Virus record (IMG/VR): IMGVR_UViG_3300049725_000037
Coordinates: 1-58,664 of that record
Reading direction: 5' to 3' (one strand)
Source of the DNA: a virus
Taxonomy: Duplodnaviria; Caudoviricetes
DNA: 58,664 bases
Of this stretch, positions 19,644 through 28,656 are shown one piece after another. Under the pieces are notes generated by a model. The model was not told where the DNA came from and made no database searches. It worked only from the letters and a program-made list of their open reading frames with translations. Numbering within the stretch: the stretch's first letter is position 1; every line of letters starts with the position of its first letter. A program made the translations under genes and the position numbers.

Positions 19644-20030
19644 CTACCTTCTTGGCGGGCAGAGTTTGTCGATCTCGCCGGCGTAGGTTTTCCAGTCGAT
19701 GCCGAGTTCCTTGCAAATCAGTTTCTCGATCCGGGTCGCAAACTTGTGCTCGCGCCGGTACGGGGCCTTCGGATCGTCGCCAGGCTCTCCGTCGCCGCGG
19801 TAATGATCGTCGAATCTGTCGACGGCACTCTCCCGGATTCCACGCTCCCGGCACAGAGCCTCCTCGATCAGTTCATGCACGAGAACGAGAACGTGGTAGC
19901 TGTGCTTCCCGGATTGCGCCACCTCGAAATGATGGCACCCGTAAGCATCAAGGAACCAGTTGCCGCATTGCTGGTTGCGCAGATGCCTCTGCTCAAGGAT
20001 CTGGACTTCGATGGTCGGTTTGTTGGGCAT
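19644..20030 (-). CDS. Small putative zinc metallopeptidase-like protein
   Basis: 128 aa; VLVHELIE plus downstream EHKFATRIE give His/Glu ligand candidates. Confidence 0.6.
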   Translation of the reverse strand: MPNKPTIEVQILEQRHLRNQQCGNWFLDAYGCHHFEVAQSGKHSYHVLVLVHELIEEALCRERGIRESAVDRFDDHYRGDGEPGDDPKAPYRREHKFATRIEKLICKELGIDWKTYAGEIDKLCPPRR

Positions 20031-20032
20031 GG

Positions 20033-21295
20033 TTAGAATATCTTGATCCCGAATTTCTCTGCCTTCTCGATCTCCTCCTGCGCCTGGTCGAAGGACTCGG
20101 TCTTGACCTCGATGTAATAGCCGCGGACCTCCTTCGCGATCTTGGTCACCATGTCGATCGCGGCCTGCATCGTGTTTCCAAACCCCACGACGGCGCCGAT
20201 CTCAGGGAGCCCGACGGCTTGCGGGATGGCGTAGTAGCGGCCGGCGATCCTGGTCGGGTTGCGCAGCTTGATGAACTTCCGGTACTCCTCCGGGAAGTCG
20301 ACGGGCTGCCAGTTCTTGTCGGCCCATGCGGAATGGATCAACGCCTCGGCGCCGTACTTGGCGACCGGCTCGGGGTCAACGCAGATGCCGTGCGCTCCCT
20401 GCCAGATGATCTCAGAGATGTTCTTGTAGAACTCCTGGTAGAGCTCATTCGGAGGACTGCCGGCCCGGGCGCAGAAGTCGATCATGTACGGCACCTGATC
20501 TTTGCCGATCCGGACCTCCGTTGAGTAGAACCCGCGGTAACCGTAGCGCCGCATCACAGGCGAGATAACCCGGTCGAAGCGCGTGACCGGCTCCGGGATC
20601 TTGTCGTAGTCGGCGAAGATGCCGACATAGCCCACATCCTTGATCTCGACGCCTGTGAGGGTCTTTGTCGGGAACTGGCCGTCAATGCAGTAGCAGTCGA
20701 CGCCGACCTCGAACCGATCCGGCAGGTCATCCTCGACAACGAAGTCGATCACGTTTTTGAACGCGCCCAGGTCATGCTCCATGTCGTCCAGCACCGGCTC
20801 GACCATCTTGTAGTCGATCGCCTGGAACGTCTCCCGGATGCCGCGGAAGTAGGAGATCTTCACCCAGACGTTCTTCTTAGACTTCAGGTAGCCGCGCAGG
20901 TTGTCCATGCCATGCACAACCTCGTAGTGGCCGACCGGCAGCCCGAGCTTGGTGAACAGCTTCTTTGATCCGGGCCGGTCGAGTTCAAGCTGCTCGCCCA
21001 TGCGCGACCCCCAGACGTATTTCCCCTGTGATTCGAGCCGGGTCTGCAACTCGCCGAAATAGACGTCCGGGAAAATCCAGATGTCCGCCTTGTCGTAGAC
21101 GTCGCCAAACGGATCGTTGATCACTTCGATCCCGTCAATGCCCTTGCCGACCCATGAGATATTGGGCTTCGGGAAGCCGCTGTAGGCCGGCGCCCAATAG
21201 TAGACCTTGCCGAAGTCTCGGCCAAGGCGCGCGGCCAGATCACAGAACAAGCCGTTGTCCACCACGATAGCTGTCTTTGATTTCAGGTCGATCAT
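20033..21295 (-). CDS. ATP-grasp ligase, PurD (GAR synthetase)-like
   Basis: 420 aa; WGS..GEQLELDR..SKKLFTKLGLPV..Y and YRGFYSTEVRI...MIDFCARAGSP parallel the PurD ATP-grasp motifs. Confidence 0.75.
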   Translation of the reverse strand: MIDLKSKTAIVVDNGLFCDLAARLGRDFGKVYYWAPAYSGFPKPNISWVGKGIDGIEVINDPFGDVYDKADIWIFPDVYFGELQTRLESQGKYVWGSRMGEQLELDRPGSKKLFTKLGLPVGHYEVVHGMDNLRGYLKSKKNVWVKISYFRGIRETFQAIDYKMVEPVLDDMEHDLGAFKNVIDFVVEDDLPDRFEVGVDCYCIDGQFPTKTLTGVEIKDVGYVGIFADYDKIPEPVTRFDRVISPVMRRYGYRGFYSTEVRIGKDQVPYMIDFCARAGSPPNELYQEFYKNISEIIWQGAHGICVDPEPVAKYGAEALIHSAWADKNWQPVDFPEEYRKFIKLRNPTRIAGRYYAIPQAVGLPEIGAVVGFGNTMQAAIDMVTKIAKEVRGYYIEVKTESFDQAQEEIEKAEKFGIKIF

Positions 21296-24200
21296 TCGAG
21301 TGCGTTGTAGATGTTTCTCCCGCCCTTGCCCTTGCAGAAGATGCGCCGCAGGAACTCATCGCGGGTCTCGCTGGCGTCCTTGAGGGACTTCTCGGCGAAC
21401 TCCTTTTCAAACTGCTCGGGTGACTCAAAGCCGCCGTCCTTGACGGGGTCGAGGGTCATGGGAGTTTCCGGCACGGAAGGGGCGGCAGTGGCATCGGCTG
21501 CTGGAGTTTCAGCCAGGGAATCCGCGGGCTGCGGCGCGAGGGATAGCGCCTCTTGCGGTTCAAGTTCCTCTGGCGTTTCAACTCGCAGCGTCCGCAGCAT
21601 CGCCCGCCCGGCCTGCTCGTTCGTCAGGGTGTCCATCCCAAAAATGTTCTTCAGCCACCGCTTGACGGCCTCGACGATTCGCTGCCAGAGGGAGGGATTC
21701 TTTTCCGCGTTCTGCGCTGCCCACTCTTCAACGATCCGGTTTCGATAGTCCTCACCCGACTCGCCTTCCTGTTGCGCGTACCTTGATTTCAGGTCGGTGA
21801 TCTCGCTGGCCGGGATCTCCCGCAGCGCGAAAGCGGTAATGGCGGCACGTCCCCGCCGGCTGTCGAGAGTCGCATGCGCCCACTCGTGGTTGGCGATCTC
21901 GGCGACCGTGGCGGCATCGCCAGCGTAGGCGGCGTTGATCGTGAGCTTGCCGTCAACGTACTGGCCGCGCACGCCACGCCCGTTCTCCGTCGTGGTCGGC
22001 TCGTTGACCACTTCGATCTTGGGCGCTCGCGGGTTGGCCTTTGCGAAGGCGTCAACGGCGGTCTGCACGTCGGCGACGGGCATGGACGGCGAGTAGGTGG
22101 ATTCGAGGGAGGACAGACGCACCGGCATCGTGACGCTCAGGAACTTCTTTCCGTCGGTGATGGTGACAGATGAACTCGTATCCTTCACGATCAGTCGAAC
22201 CTTCTCCAGACCCATTGCGCGGGCCTGCGCGAGAGCGTCGGCCAAGAACTCAGGATTGACCGCTACCCTTCCGCCAGTAGCGACCCCCGCCTTGGTTTCA
22301 GTCACACCTTCCGAGTGATACCCGCCGAAATCCGGAGACTCGCTTGAGAACCCAATTCCGCCACCCTCAATAGGATGAATCTTAATGATGTGCCACCATC
22401 TCGACTTCTCAGACGTGACCAGCGAAGCCATGCGGGCCAGCCGGTACGTCTCGCCTGTGTCAACGGTGGTGTCGATTGTGACCTCGCCGGGATCGCCGAC
22501 CTTAAGTTGCCCACCTTCAACCTTCACGTAGTTGGGGACAACCTGCCGCCAGTTGGGATACTGGATTGGGTAGAACGTGCGTTTCTTTGTCTTTGGGTCT
22601 TCGCTCCACGTACCAGCGATCTTTCCGTTCTTGTCCAGCACTTGGCCTTTGCTGTTCAGCTTTTCGCCATCCCCACCGACTGCGACCGTCAGCCTCCGTC
22701 CATCTGTTGCGATGGTGAATTTCCCATCGTTCACAACGCGATTAAGAACATAGAGGGTTTCATCATTCGACTGAGCCAACCCCACCGCCTTCGTGATCTC
22801 CGCTGGCGATGGCTTCTCATTCAGCGCCGGAATCGGGCTGTTCTTTGGGACCGTGCGGGTCGTCTCCGATTCCGAGAATGGCGGCGGAACCGTCACACGG
22901 TCCCTGCCCTTGCCAAACGAATACTGCTTTCCAAAGCGGTCCCCGATGGTGTCCTGAAAGCGTTGCAGCGCCTCCTGCGTGTGCGGGATTCGGAATGTCC
23001 CGTCGCCCGGAACTTCGATTGTGACGTGCTCGCCGTGCTGGCGGGTGATGCCTTGGCGGATCGCTTCCTCGATACGCGAAGCCGTGCGCCACGAGGTTGC
23101 GCCAATCTCAATCGGGTGCCCCGGTTCAAGGCTCTCCATCGTCGAAGCCTCAGTGTCGTGAAGATCCGTGTATTTCTTCACCAACGGTTCGAGCGCGTCA
23201 AGTTTGGCCTCATCAGCGGCTTTCCGTCTCTCGTCTCCATCTTTGCCGTAGGGCAAATCATTCGTGGCGGAACGGTGCTGGTCCTCGATGTCAGCCAGCT
23301 TCTTCAAATCGACTTTGGCTTGCTCGGCATGAACCTGTGTCTCCGGCGCGTCCTTCTTCGCTGCCTCGACCGCATCGGCCAGAAATTCCTTCTGCGCCTT
23401 GATCTGCTTTCGATCTGACAGCTTGGCGATGTTGCGTTCCTTGGCCGCCGTCGGCTCGACCTTCGGCCCCTGCGGCGTCTCCGTGACCGTGGCACCGGGG
23501 GGCGGCTCGGGCGTGGCGGCTTTCGCAGCGGGTGCCTCGGCGGGCGGGGCGGGCCTGAGTCTCTCAAGAGCTTTCTCAGTGTTGACGCCTCCCCATTTCT
23601 CTTCCTGTTCAGCAGCGGCAGCAACCTTGCGCAGATTCGCAATTCGCTCTTGGGTCGCCTTCGCTAATTTCTGTGACTCCTCCGGCCAGTATTCTTTCCC
23701 GTTGGTTAAAGTCTTCCGCTCATTAGTGAACCGATTAAGGTCCGCTTCAAGTCGCTTCAACTGATCCGCAATGGGATCTGTGCTGCCGGTCTTCTGCTTG
23801 AGAATCCTACTGACGCTCTGGAAATCTTCGGCCTCCTTTTTCTTTGCCGCACGTTCGGCATTCTCAGTGTCGCGCTTCGCCTGCGCTTCCTTGAAGTCGG
23901 ATTCACGCTTTGCGATGGCTTGCGCCTCTTCGTCAGCTTTAGCCTTCCATCCTTCGTTCACCTTGGAAACGACATCATCCGTCGCCTTTGCGAGCATGGA
24001 ATCGAACGCCTTCGACTTCTGCGCGATGGTTCCTGTTTTCTCGTCAGACATCCACGCCTGCCATGTCTCATCGTCGCGGACGTGTTCGTTTAGGGTATTC
24101 TGAACGAGCTGGCGCAGTTTGTCGGGTTCTTCCTTATAGAGCGACTCATACTCATCCAGACGTTCCTTAATCGCGCCCAACGTGTGCTGAACGTCGAACT

Positions 24201-27200
24201 TGGGCGCGGGTGCCTCGGAGGGCTTCTCCGGCGCAGCGGGCGCTTCCGCCTTGGGTGCAGGGGCCGGAGTCGAACCGGCTGCGTCGGCCTTATGAGGGCC
24301 AACTGCTGCCGTAGCTCCCTGCTGTGAAAGCTCCTCAGAAGTTGCTGGATAATATCCAAATTCTTCAATCGCATCTCCCGCCCATCGAACATCACTCGCC
24401 TTCACCTTGAAGGCATGAACAGGAATGTCCTCCGATGGATTATCAGCCATTCCGTGTTGTTTAGAATACGCCCGCGAAAAAGAGACCCAATCTCCGCTGT
24501 TGAGCGTAGCCTTAGGGGCGGCACGATACACCGTAACGATGGCATCCGGCTTCCCCCTGATTCGCTTCAATGCTGCAACACTTTCCTTGTAACCAACACT
24601 TCCTGGTTCGCCTGTGTATAGATCAGGACGGTCATAAATATCACGAGGGGCAAGGTCAGTCGAAAGCAAGTCGTGCGCCGGAGGGCCTTCGCTGTTTGGC
24701 CGATGTTGGCCTTGATAACTCGGTTCCTGCGCCGGCTGAACAGCCTCCGCCTCAGCGGCCTTCCCGCCCTTCGCCGCGATCAGATACTCCGCATAATCCA
24801 TCGCGGTCTTACTGATCTGAGATTCGTCCCGATATGAGCCATTCGGTTTTTGTAGCCTTCGCAGCCCCGCCTTACTTTGCACAACAGTCGCTCCTGCCGC
24901 CACATCACTTTCAACAAGCTCCCTGCGGGTATGAGGCATCCCCTCTGCGGTGACTGACTGCGCGAGCGCCATCTGTGCCCGCTTGGCCTGCATCGGGTTC
25001 ATGCCTGCCGTGAACTCATCCTTTGCTGGCTCTATCTTTGGAGTCGGCTCCGCAGTGTCACCAATGCGCTTTGTGCCGTTGGCGATACGCTCCCTCTCCG
25101 CCTTGACGGCCTCCATCTTCGCCGCAATCCTCCCCTCCACGTCTGCCATCGCAGCCTGATTTCCCCAGATGATCTGCTGCCGCTGGGTGGGCTTAACCTC
25201 GACGCCGGCCGCCGCCGCACGGGAAAACAGTTCAGTCGCTTCAGGTGGTTCCGCCTTTGCGACCGGGGCGACCGAAGGCTTCACAGCCTCACGCGCCACC
25301 TTTTCCGCCTGTTCACCCTTTGGGGCGAGCGCGTTGTATTGCGCCTTCACCTCGTTCCACTTCGCCTGAAGCTCAGCCATGCGCTTCTCATCGCCCTTCA
25401 GCTTCGCGTTGCCCATGCTCGCCTCGATCACCTTCATCTGCGTGGCGAGCTTGCGGGCCTTCGGCGTCTTCTGCCATGGCGTCACTTCTCCCGCAGGTAC
25501 TCCGGCAGCGGCTTGTGCGGGTGCGACGCCTTGAACGACTGGCGCGCCTGGTTGAACGCCGCCGCCAGGCTTTGCTTCGGCGAGTGGCCGGCTGCCCTCA
25601 TCTCCTTCGCGTTGTGGCCGATCGATTGTCTGCTGTATCCCTTCTTGAGTGGCATGGATTGGTTCTCCGGTTGTGACTGGTTCGCCCTTCGGAAGCGTGG
25701 CAAGATCGTATCCCTCCTTTTGAAGCGTGTCTTCGTCCACCGTGCGCATCCCCCGTGGTGAACCGGGATCGGGCACCTGGTAGTAGCGGTGCCCACCCTG
25801 CTCGTACATGAACAGCGCTTCCTTCGGGACAGGCTTGCCGGCCGGCGCGGCTTCCGCTGGCTTTGCGGGCTCGACGGCTGCCGCAGGTTCCGGCTCGACT
25901 TCGATCTCCTTCAAGAGTTCCGGGTCAATCAGGTCGGACCCGGAGGGCTCGGCGTCCGGTGCGGGTTTCGGTGCCGGCCCCTTGGGTGCGGCGAGCTCTC
26001 CAGCGGCCGGCGGTTCCTCGCCGGGCGGAGTCTTCTTCGTGCTTGCGAGTCCGATGCCAGCCTTCTCCGCGGCTTCCGGCTGGCGCTTGATCCAGTCAAC
26101 AAGGTCTCCCACCGTTCGCCCATTGAATCCCTGCTCACGCGCCTTCGCCATCGCCTCCGGTCCTGGGACCCACAAACCGGTTTCAATCGCCTTGATGTCG
26201 CTTGGCAGCCGGGCAACCGACAACCCTGTGCGAAGAAGCAACTGTATAAGCGCCATGTCTCGCCCTGTCTCCATAACGCCCTGGGTGATCGGACGGTCGG
26301 GATCGTAAGTGAGCTTAGCCCCAATGTTCTGGCCGTACTGCATTCCCCCGCCTGCCGCAAAATCAACCCCCACATGCGCCGGCAACTTCGCTGCCAGCTT
26401 CACACCCGGACCGCGAAGCCATCGCATCGCCCCGGCAATCCCCTCTCGATCGGTGGCAACCGCCAAGCCCGACAGGAATATCCGCCCGGAAGGCTCCGCA
26501 GACAGAAGCCGTATCCCCCGGCTAAACGGAACCGCCATCCCCGTTCCGATCGCGGTGCCTGCGATTTCTGCAACCCCGCGCGCGGTGTTGAATTCCTTCT
26601 GTGTGATCTTGCCGGCTAGAAGCTGTGGGCGGAGTTTGTCTGTCGCTTCTTGGCGCATTGAATTGCCAATGACCCCGGCGCCGGAGACGCCTGACGCAAC
26701 TGTAGCGAGCGTATTCGCTGTGCCTGTTGTAAGTCCCGCGGCAAGGCCTATTCCCTGCGTCACCATCGCCGCCGCCCAGATAGGAACCAACCCGCCGGCA
26801 AACGGGGCAATCCTGCCGACAATGATGTTCTGGTCCGCTTTGGCGACCACCTGCTCCGGCAAATCGAGGTTCCAACTCTTGGCCTCCGTTTGAAGGTCTC
26901 CAAAAAACTTCGCGGTCTTGTCCTGCAAATAGTCGGTGGCCCCCTGGTATTGGGTGAGATTCTGCTTCGCCAGTTCCCCTGCCGGTCCGGGCAAAAGCGA
27001 GGCCGTCAACTTGGACGTGAACCCCGGCCCCGAAGCCCGGATCAGATTTCGGGCGAGCCATTCCTTTATGTTCAAGGAAGCCTCTTCCTCTCCTTGGAAT
27101 GCACGCAGACCGGCCTGCTTGGTTTCCTCCCAGACAGTAGGATCGCGGACCTGATCCCAGAGCCCGCCCTCCTTGAGCATCGGCTCCTTGTCCTTCATCG

Positions 27201-28641
27201 CCTGCCGCAGGACATCGCGCTCATCGCGGAGCGGCTTCTTCATCTTCTCAGTCGCCCCGGGATGGGAGATCAGCCCGTCGACTTCCTTCAGCCGGTTCTG
27301 GGCGAGGCTGTAGGTACTCAGCAGCTTCGCCCCGTTCACAGCGTCCTCCCCGCCGAACTGGGAGATCAGTTTTTCAATCGGCTCGCCCCCGACCGTCTTG
27401 TTCCCGGCATCCCGGAGATTTGCCAGCCGCGCCATCGCCGCATGAAAAACCGGAGCGTTGTGAATGTCCGCATGGTCCCTCGCCTGGTCGATGAAATCCT
27501 TGTTCGACACGTCATCAACCTTCGATTGCGCCAAAGCCTTTGCCCCCTCCTGCAAGGAATCCCATGCGCCGATCCCGACATTCGCCAACTGTGTTGCCTT
27601 TATGGCGGCGGCCTCGGTCGGCGTGACTAGGCCGAGATTTGGAAATCCTTCCTCGTGGCTGGCTTCTCTTTCGTCGACCGGAGGATCCACGGCAGCCCCG
27701 CGCTTCGGCAAATGCTGCATGATCGTCTTCGGGTCGATCAGACGCTGCCCGCGCGCCCGCCGGTAGTCGTTCACCTGCTTGATCCGTCCGGCAACCCAGT
27801 CATCGGGACCGGTCGGGACGGGATCAGGATAGTCGATCAACGGTTCCCCGGCCGCCTGCCTCTGCTGGTTCACGGCGCCCGTTGCCGCGGCAATCGCCTT
27901 GTCGTTGATCGTGAGCGTCTGTTCGGCAAGCCCCCCATAGCGGATCTTCTCATCCTCGAGCGCCTTCTTCACCCTGTCGTGTTCATCGACAATGCGCTTG
28001 CGACGGTCCTGCGCATCCTTGATCGCAGCCGCCGCCTTCTCTGCTTCGGATTTCTCTCCGGGCAGCCGGCCGGCGGCAGCAACGGCATCCGGGGTCGGGT
28101 CGCCGCGCTTGCGGCTGGTGAACATCGCCCCGAAAACTCCAGTCGTATCCTTCGCCGCCTCTTCATCGGAAGGAATCGCGGCCCCCACCTTCGCAAGATC
28201 ATCCAGCGACGGACGGCCGGCAGCCTTCGCCGCAAGATCCGCTTTGGCTCTCGCTGCTTCCCGTGCGGTCCCTGTCTTGCCCTTGATCAGGTCGGGAAGC
28301 AAATCGGTATTCTGCTGGTCGAACTCGTCGAGCATCGCCTTCCGCGCCTGAAGATCCGCCTCCAGCAAAGTCTTCCGGGTTTTGGATTGCTTCATCTGCC
28401 GGGGCAAAGCGTGGTTGGCGAGAAGATCACCAAGGTCGTCGACCTCGCTCCGCTGCGGCGCGAGCCGTTGCCCCAGTGATTGCCCCTGAGAAAACGCCGT
28501 CGTCTTCGCCTGCCGTTGCAGTGCCCTGCGGCGGCGCTGCTCCGCCGTGTCATCGAACGCGAATGGATCAGCCGCGAGGCTTCCGGGTGCATTCGCTACC
28601 GCCGTCGCGGAATCCGCATAAGGATCGAAGTCGTCGGGCAT
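21292..28641 (-). CDS. Giant polyvalent probable ejection protein (2449 aa): hydrophobic region, ART-like module, beta-clamp-like module, HExxH peptidase
   Basis: Gly/Ala hydrophobic helices; VTVYRA...GDWVSFSRAYSKQHG...EFGYYP; IATDGRRL...YPNWRQVVP...VNPEFLADAL...VTMPVRL; ANHEWAH. Confidence 0.85.
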   Translation of the reverse strand: MPDDFDPYADSATAVANAPGSLAADPFAFDDTAEQRRRRALQRQAKTTAFSQGQSLGQRLAPQRSEVDDLGDLLANHALPRQMKQSKTRKTLLEADLQARKAMLDEFDQQNTDLLPDLIKGKTGTAREAARAKADLAAKAAGRPSLDDLAKVGAAIPSDEEAAKDTTGVFGAMFTSRKRGDPTPDAVAAAGRLPGEKSEAEKAAAAIKDAQDRRKRIVDEHDRVKKALEDEKIRYGGLAEQTLTINDKAIAAATGAVNQQRQAAGEPLIDYPDPVPTGPDDWVAGRIKQVNDYRRARGQRLIDPKTIMQHLPKRGAAVDPPVDEREASHEEGFPNLGLVTPTEAAAIKATQLANVGIGAWDSLQEGAKALAQSKVDDVSNKDFIDQARDHADIHNAPVFHAAMARLANLRDAGNKTVGGEPIEKLISQFGGEDAVNGAKLLSTYSLAQNRLKEVDGLISHPGATEKMKKPLRDERDVLRQAMKDKEPMLKEGGLWDQVRDPTVWEETKQAGLRAFQGEEEASLNIKEWLARNLIRASGPGFTSKLTASLLPGPAGELAKQNLTQYQGATDYLQDKTAKFFGDLQTEAKSWNLDLPEQVVAKADQNIIVGRIAPFAGGLVPIWAAAMVTQGIGLAAGLTTGTANTLATVASGVSGAGVIGNSMRQEATDKLRPQLLAGKITQKEFNTARGVAEIAGTAIGTGMAVPFSRGIRLLSAEPSGRIFLSGLAVATDREGIAGAMRWLRGPGVKLAAKLPAHVGVDFAAGGGMQYGQNIGAKLTYDPDRPITQGVMETGRDMALIQLLLRTGLSVARLPSDIKAIETGLWVPGPEAMAKAREQGFNGRTVGDLVDWIKRQPEAAEKAGIGLASTKKTPPGEEPPAAGELAAPKGPAPKPAPDAEPSGSDLIDPELLKEIEVEPEPAAAVEPAKPAEAAPAGKPVPKEALFMYEQGGHRYYQVPDPGSPRGMRTVDEDTLQKEGYDLATLPKGEPVTTGEPIHATQEGIQQTIDRPQREGDEGSRPLAEAKPGGGVQPGAPVVQGVAPAQAAAGVPAGEVTPWQKTPKARKLATQMKVIEASMGNAKLKGDEKRMAELQAKWNEVKAQYNALAPKGEQAEKVAREAVKPSVAPVAKAEPPEATELFSRAAAAGVEVKPTQRQQIIWGNQAAMADVEGRIAAKMEAVKAERERIANGTKRIGDTAEPTPKIEPAKDEFTAGMNPMQAKRAQMALAQSVTAEGMPHTRRELVESDVAAGATVVQSKAGLRRLQKPNGSYRDESQISKTAMDYAEYLIAAKGGKAAEAEAVQPAQEPSYQGQHRPNSEGPPAHDLLSTDLAPRDIYDRPDLYTGEPGSVGYKESVAALKRIRGKPDAIVTVYRAAPKATLNSGDWVSFSRAYSKQHGMADNPSEDIPVHAFKVKASDVRWAGDAIEEFGYYPATSEELSQQGATAAVGPHKADAAGSTPAPAPKAEAPAAPEKPSEAPAPKFDVQHTLGAIKERLDEYESLYKEEPDKLRQLVQNTLNEHVRDDETWQAWMSDEKTGTIAQKSKAFDSMLAKATDDVVSKVNEGWKAKADEEAQAIAKRESDFKEAQAKRDTENAERAAKKKEAEDFQSVSRILKQKTGSTDPIADQLKRLEADLNRFTNERKTLTNGKEYWPEESQKLAKATQERIANLRKVAAAAEQEEKWGGVNTEKALERLRPAPPAEAPAAKAATPEPPPGATVTETPQGPKVEPTAAKERNIAKLSDRKQIKAQKEFLADAVEAAKKDAPETQVHAEQAKVDLKKLADIEDQHRSATNDLPYGKDGDERRKAADEAKLDALEPLVKKYTDLHDTEASTMESLEPGHPIEIGATSWRTASRIEEAIRQGITRQHGEHVTIEVPGDGTFRIPHTQEALQRFQDTIGDRFGKQYSFGKGRDRVTVPPPFSESETTRTVPKNSPIPALNEKPSPAEITKAVGLAQSNDETLYVLNRVVNDGKFTIATDGRRLTVAVGGDGEKLNSKGQVLDKNGKIAGTWSEDPKTKKRTFYPIQYPNWRQVVPNYVKVEGGQLKVGDPGEVTIDTTVDTGETYRLARMASLVTSEKSRWWHIIKIHPIEGGGIGFSSESPDFGGYHSEGVTETKAGVATGGRVAVNPEFLADALAQARAMGLEKVRLIVKDTSSSVTITDGKKFLSVTMPVRLSSLESTYSPSMPVADVQTAVDAFAKANPRAPKIEVVNEPTTTENGRGVRGQYVDGKLTINAAYAGDAATVAEIANHEWAHATLDSRRGRAAITAFALREIPASEITDLKSRYAQQEGESGEDYRNRIVEEWAAQNAEKNPSLWQRIVEAVKRWLKNIFGMDTLTNEQAGRAMLRTLRVETPEELEPQEALSLAPQPADSLAETPAADATAAPSVPETPMTLDPVKDGGFESPEQFEKEFAEKSLKDASETRDEFLRRIFCKGKGGRNIYNALE
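24252..24323 (-). tRNA. tRNA-like cloverleaf with CAT anticodon, nested on the sense strand of the 2449-aa CDS
   Basis: AGCAGGG-A-GCT ACGGC AGC-AGT-TGGCC CTCATAA GGCCG-ACGCA-GCCGG TTCGACT CCGGC-CCCTGCA-C-CCA; good acceptor, anticodon and T arms, reduced D arm. Confidence 0.6.
25482..25655 (-). CDS. Overprinted 57-aa basic protein (MPLKKG... family) in an alternative frame of the giant gene
   Basis: MPLKKGYSRQSIGHNAKEMRAAGHSPKQSLAAAFNQAR...; start context CCAATCC-ATG like other genes here. Confidence 0.65.
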   Translation of the reverse strand: MPLKKGYSRQSIGHNAKEMRAAGHSPKQSLAAAFNQARQSFKASHPHKPLPEYLREK

Positions 28642-28656
28642 GATGATCTCAATTCC

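Noticed and set aside
19642-19854. 71-aa N-terminal extension of the 1232-aa ORF
   Set aside because: Overlaps the 128-aa gene and reads like off-frame sequence; ATG at 19641 fits operon packing
20033-21295. purD as an auxiliary metabolic gene
   Set aside because: Divergent from canonical PurD, no other purine genes, and embedded among virion genes; symbol withheld
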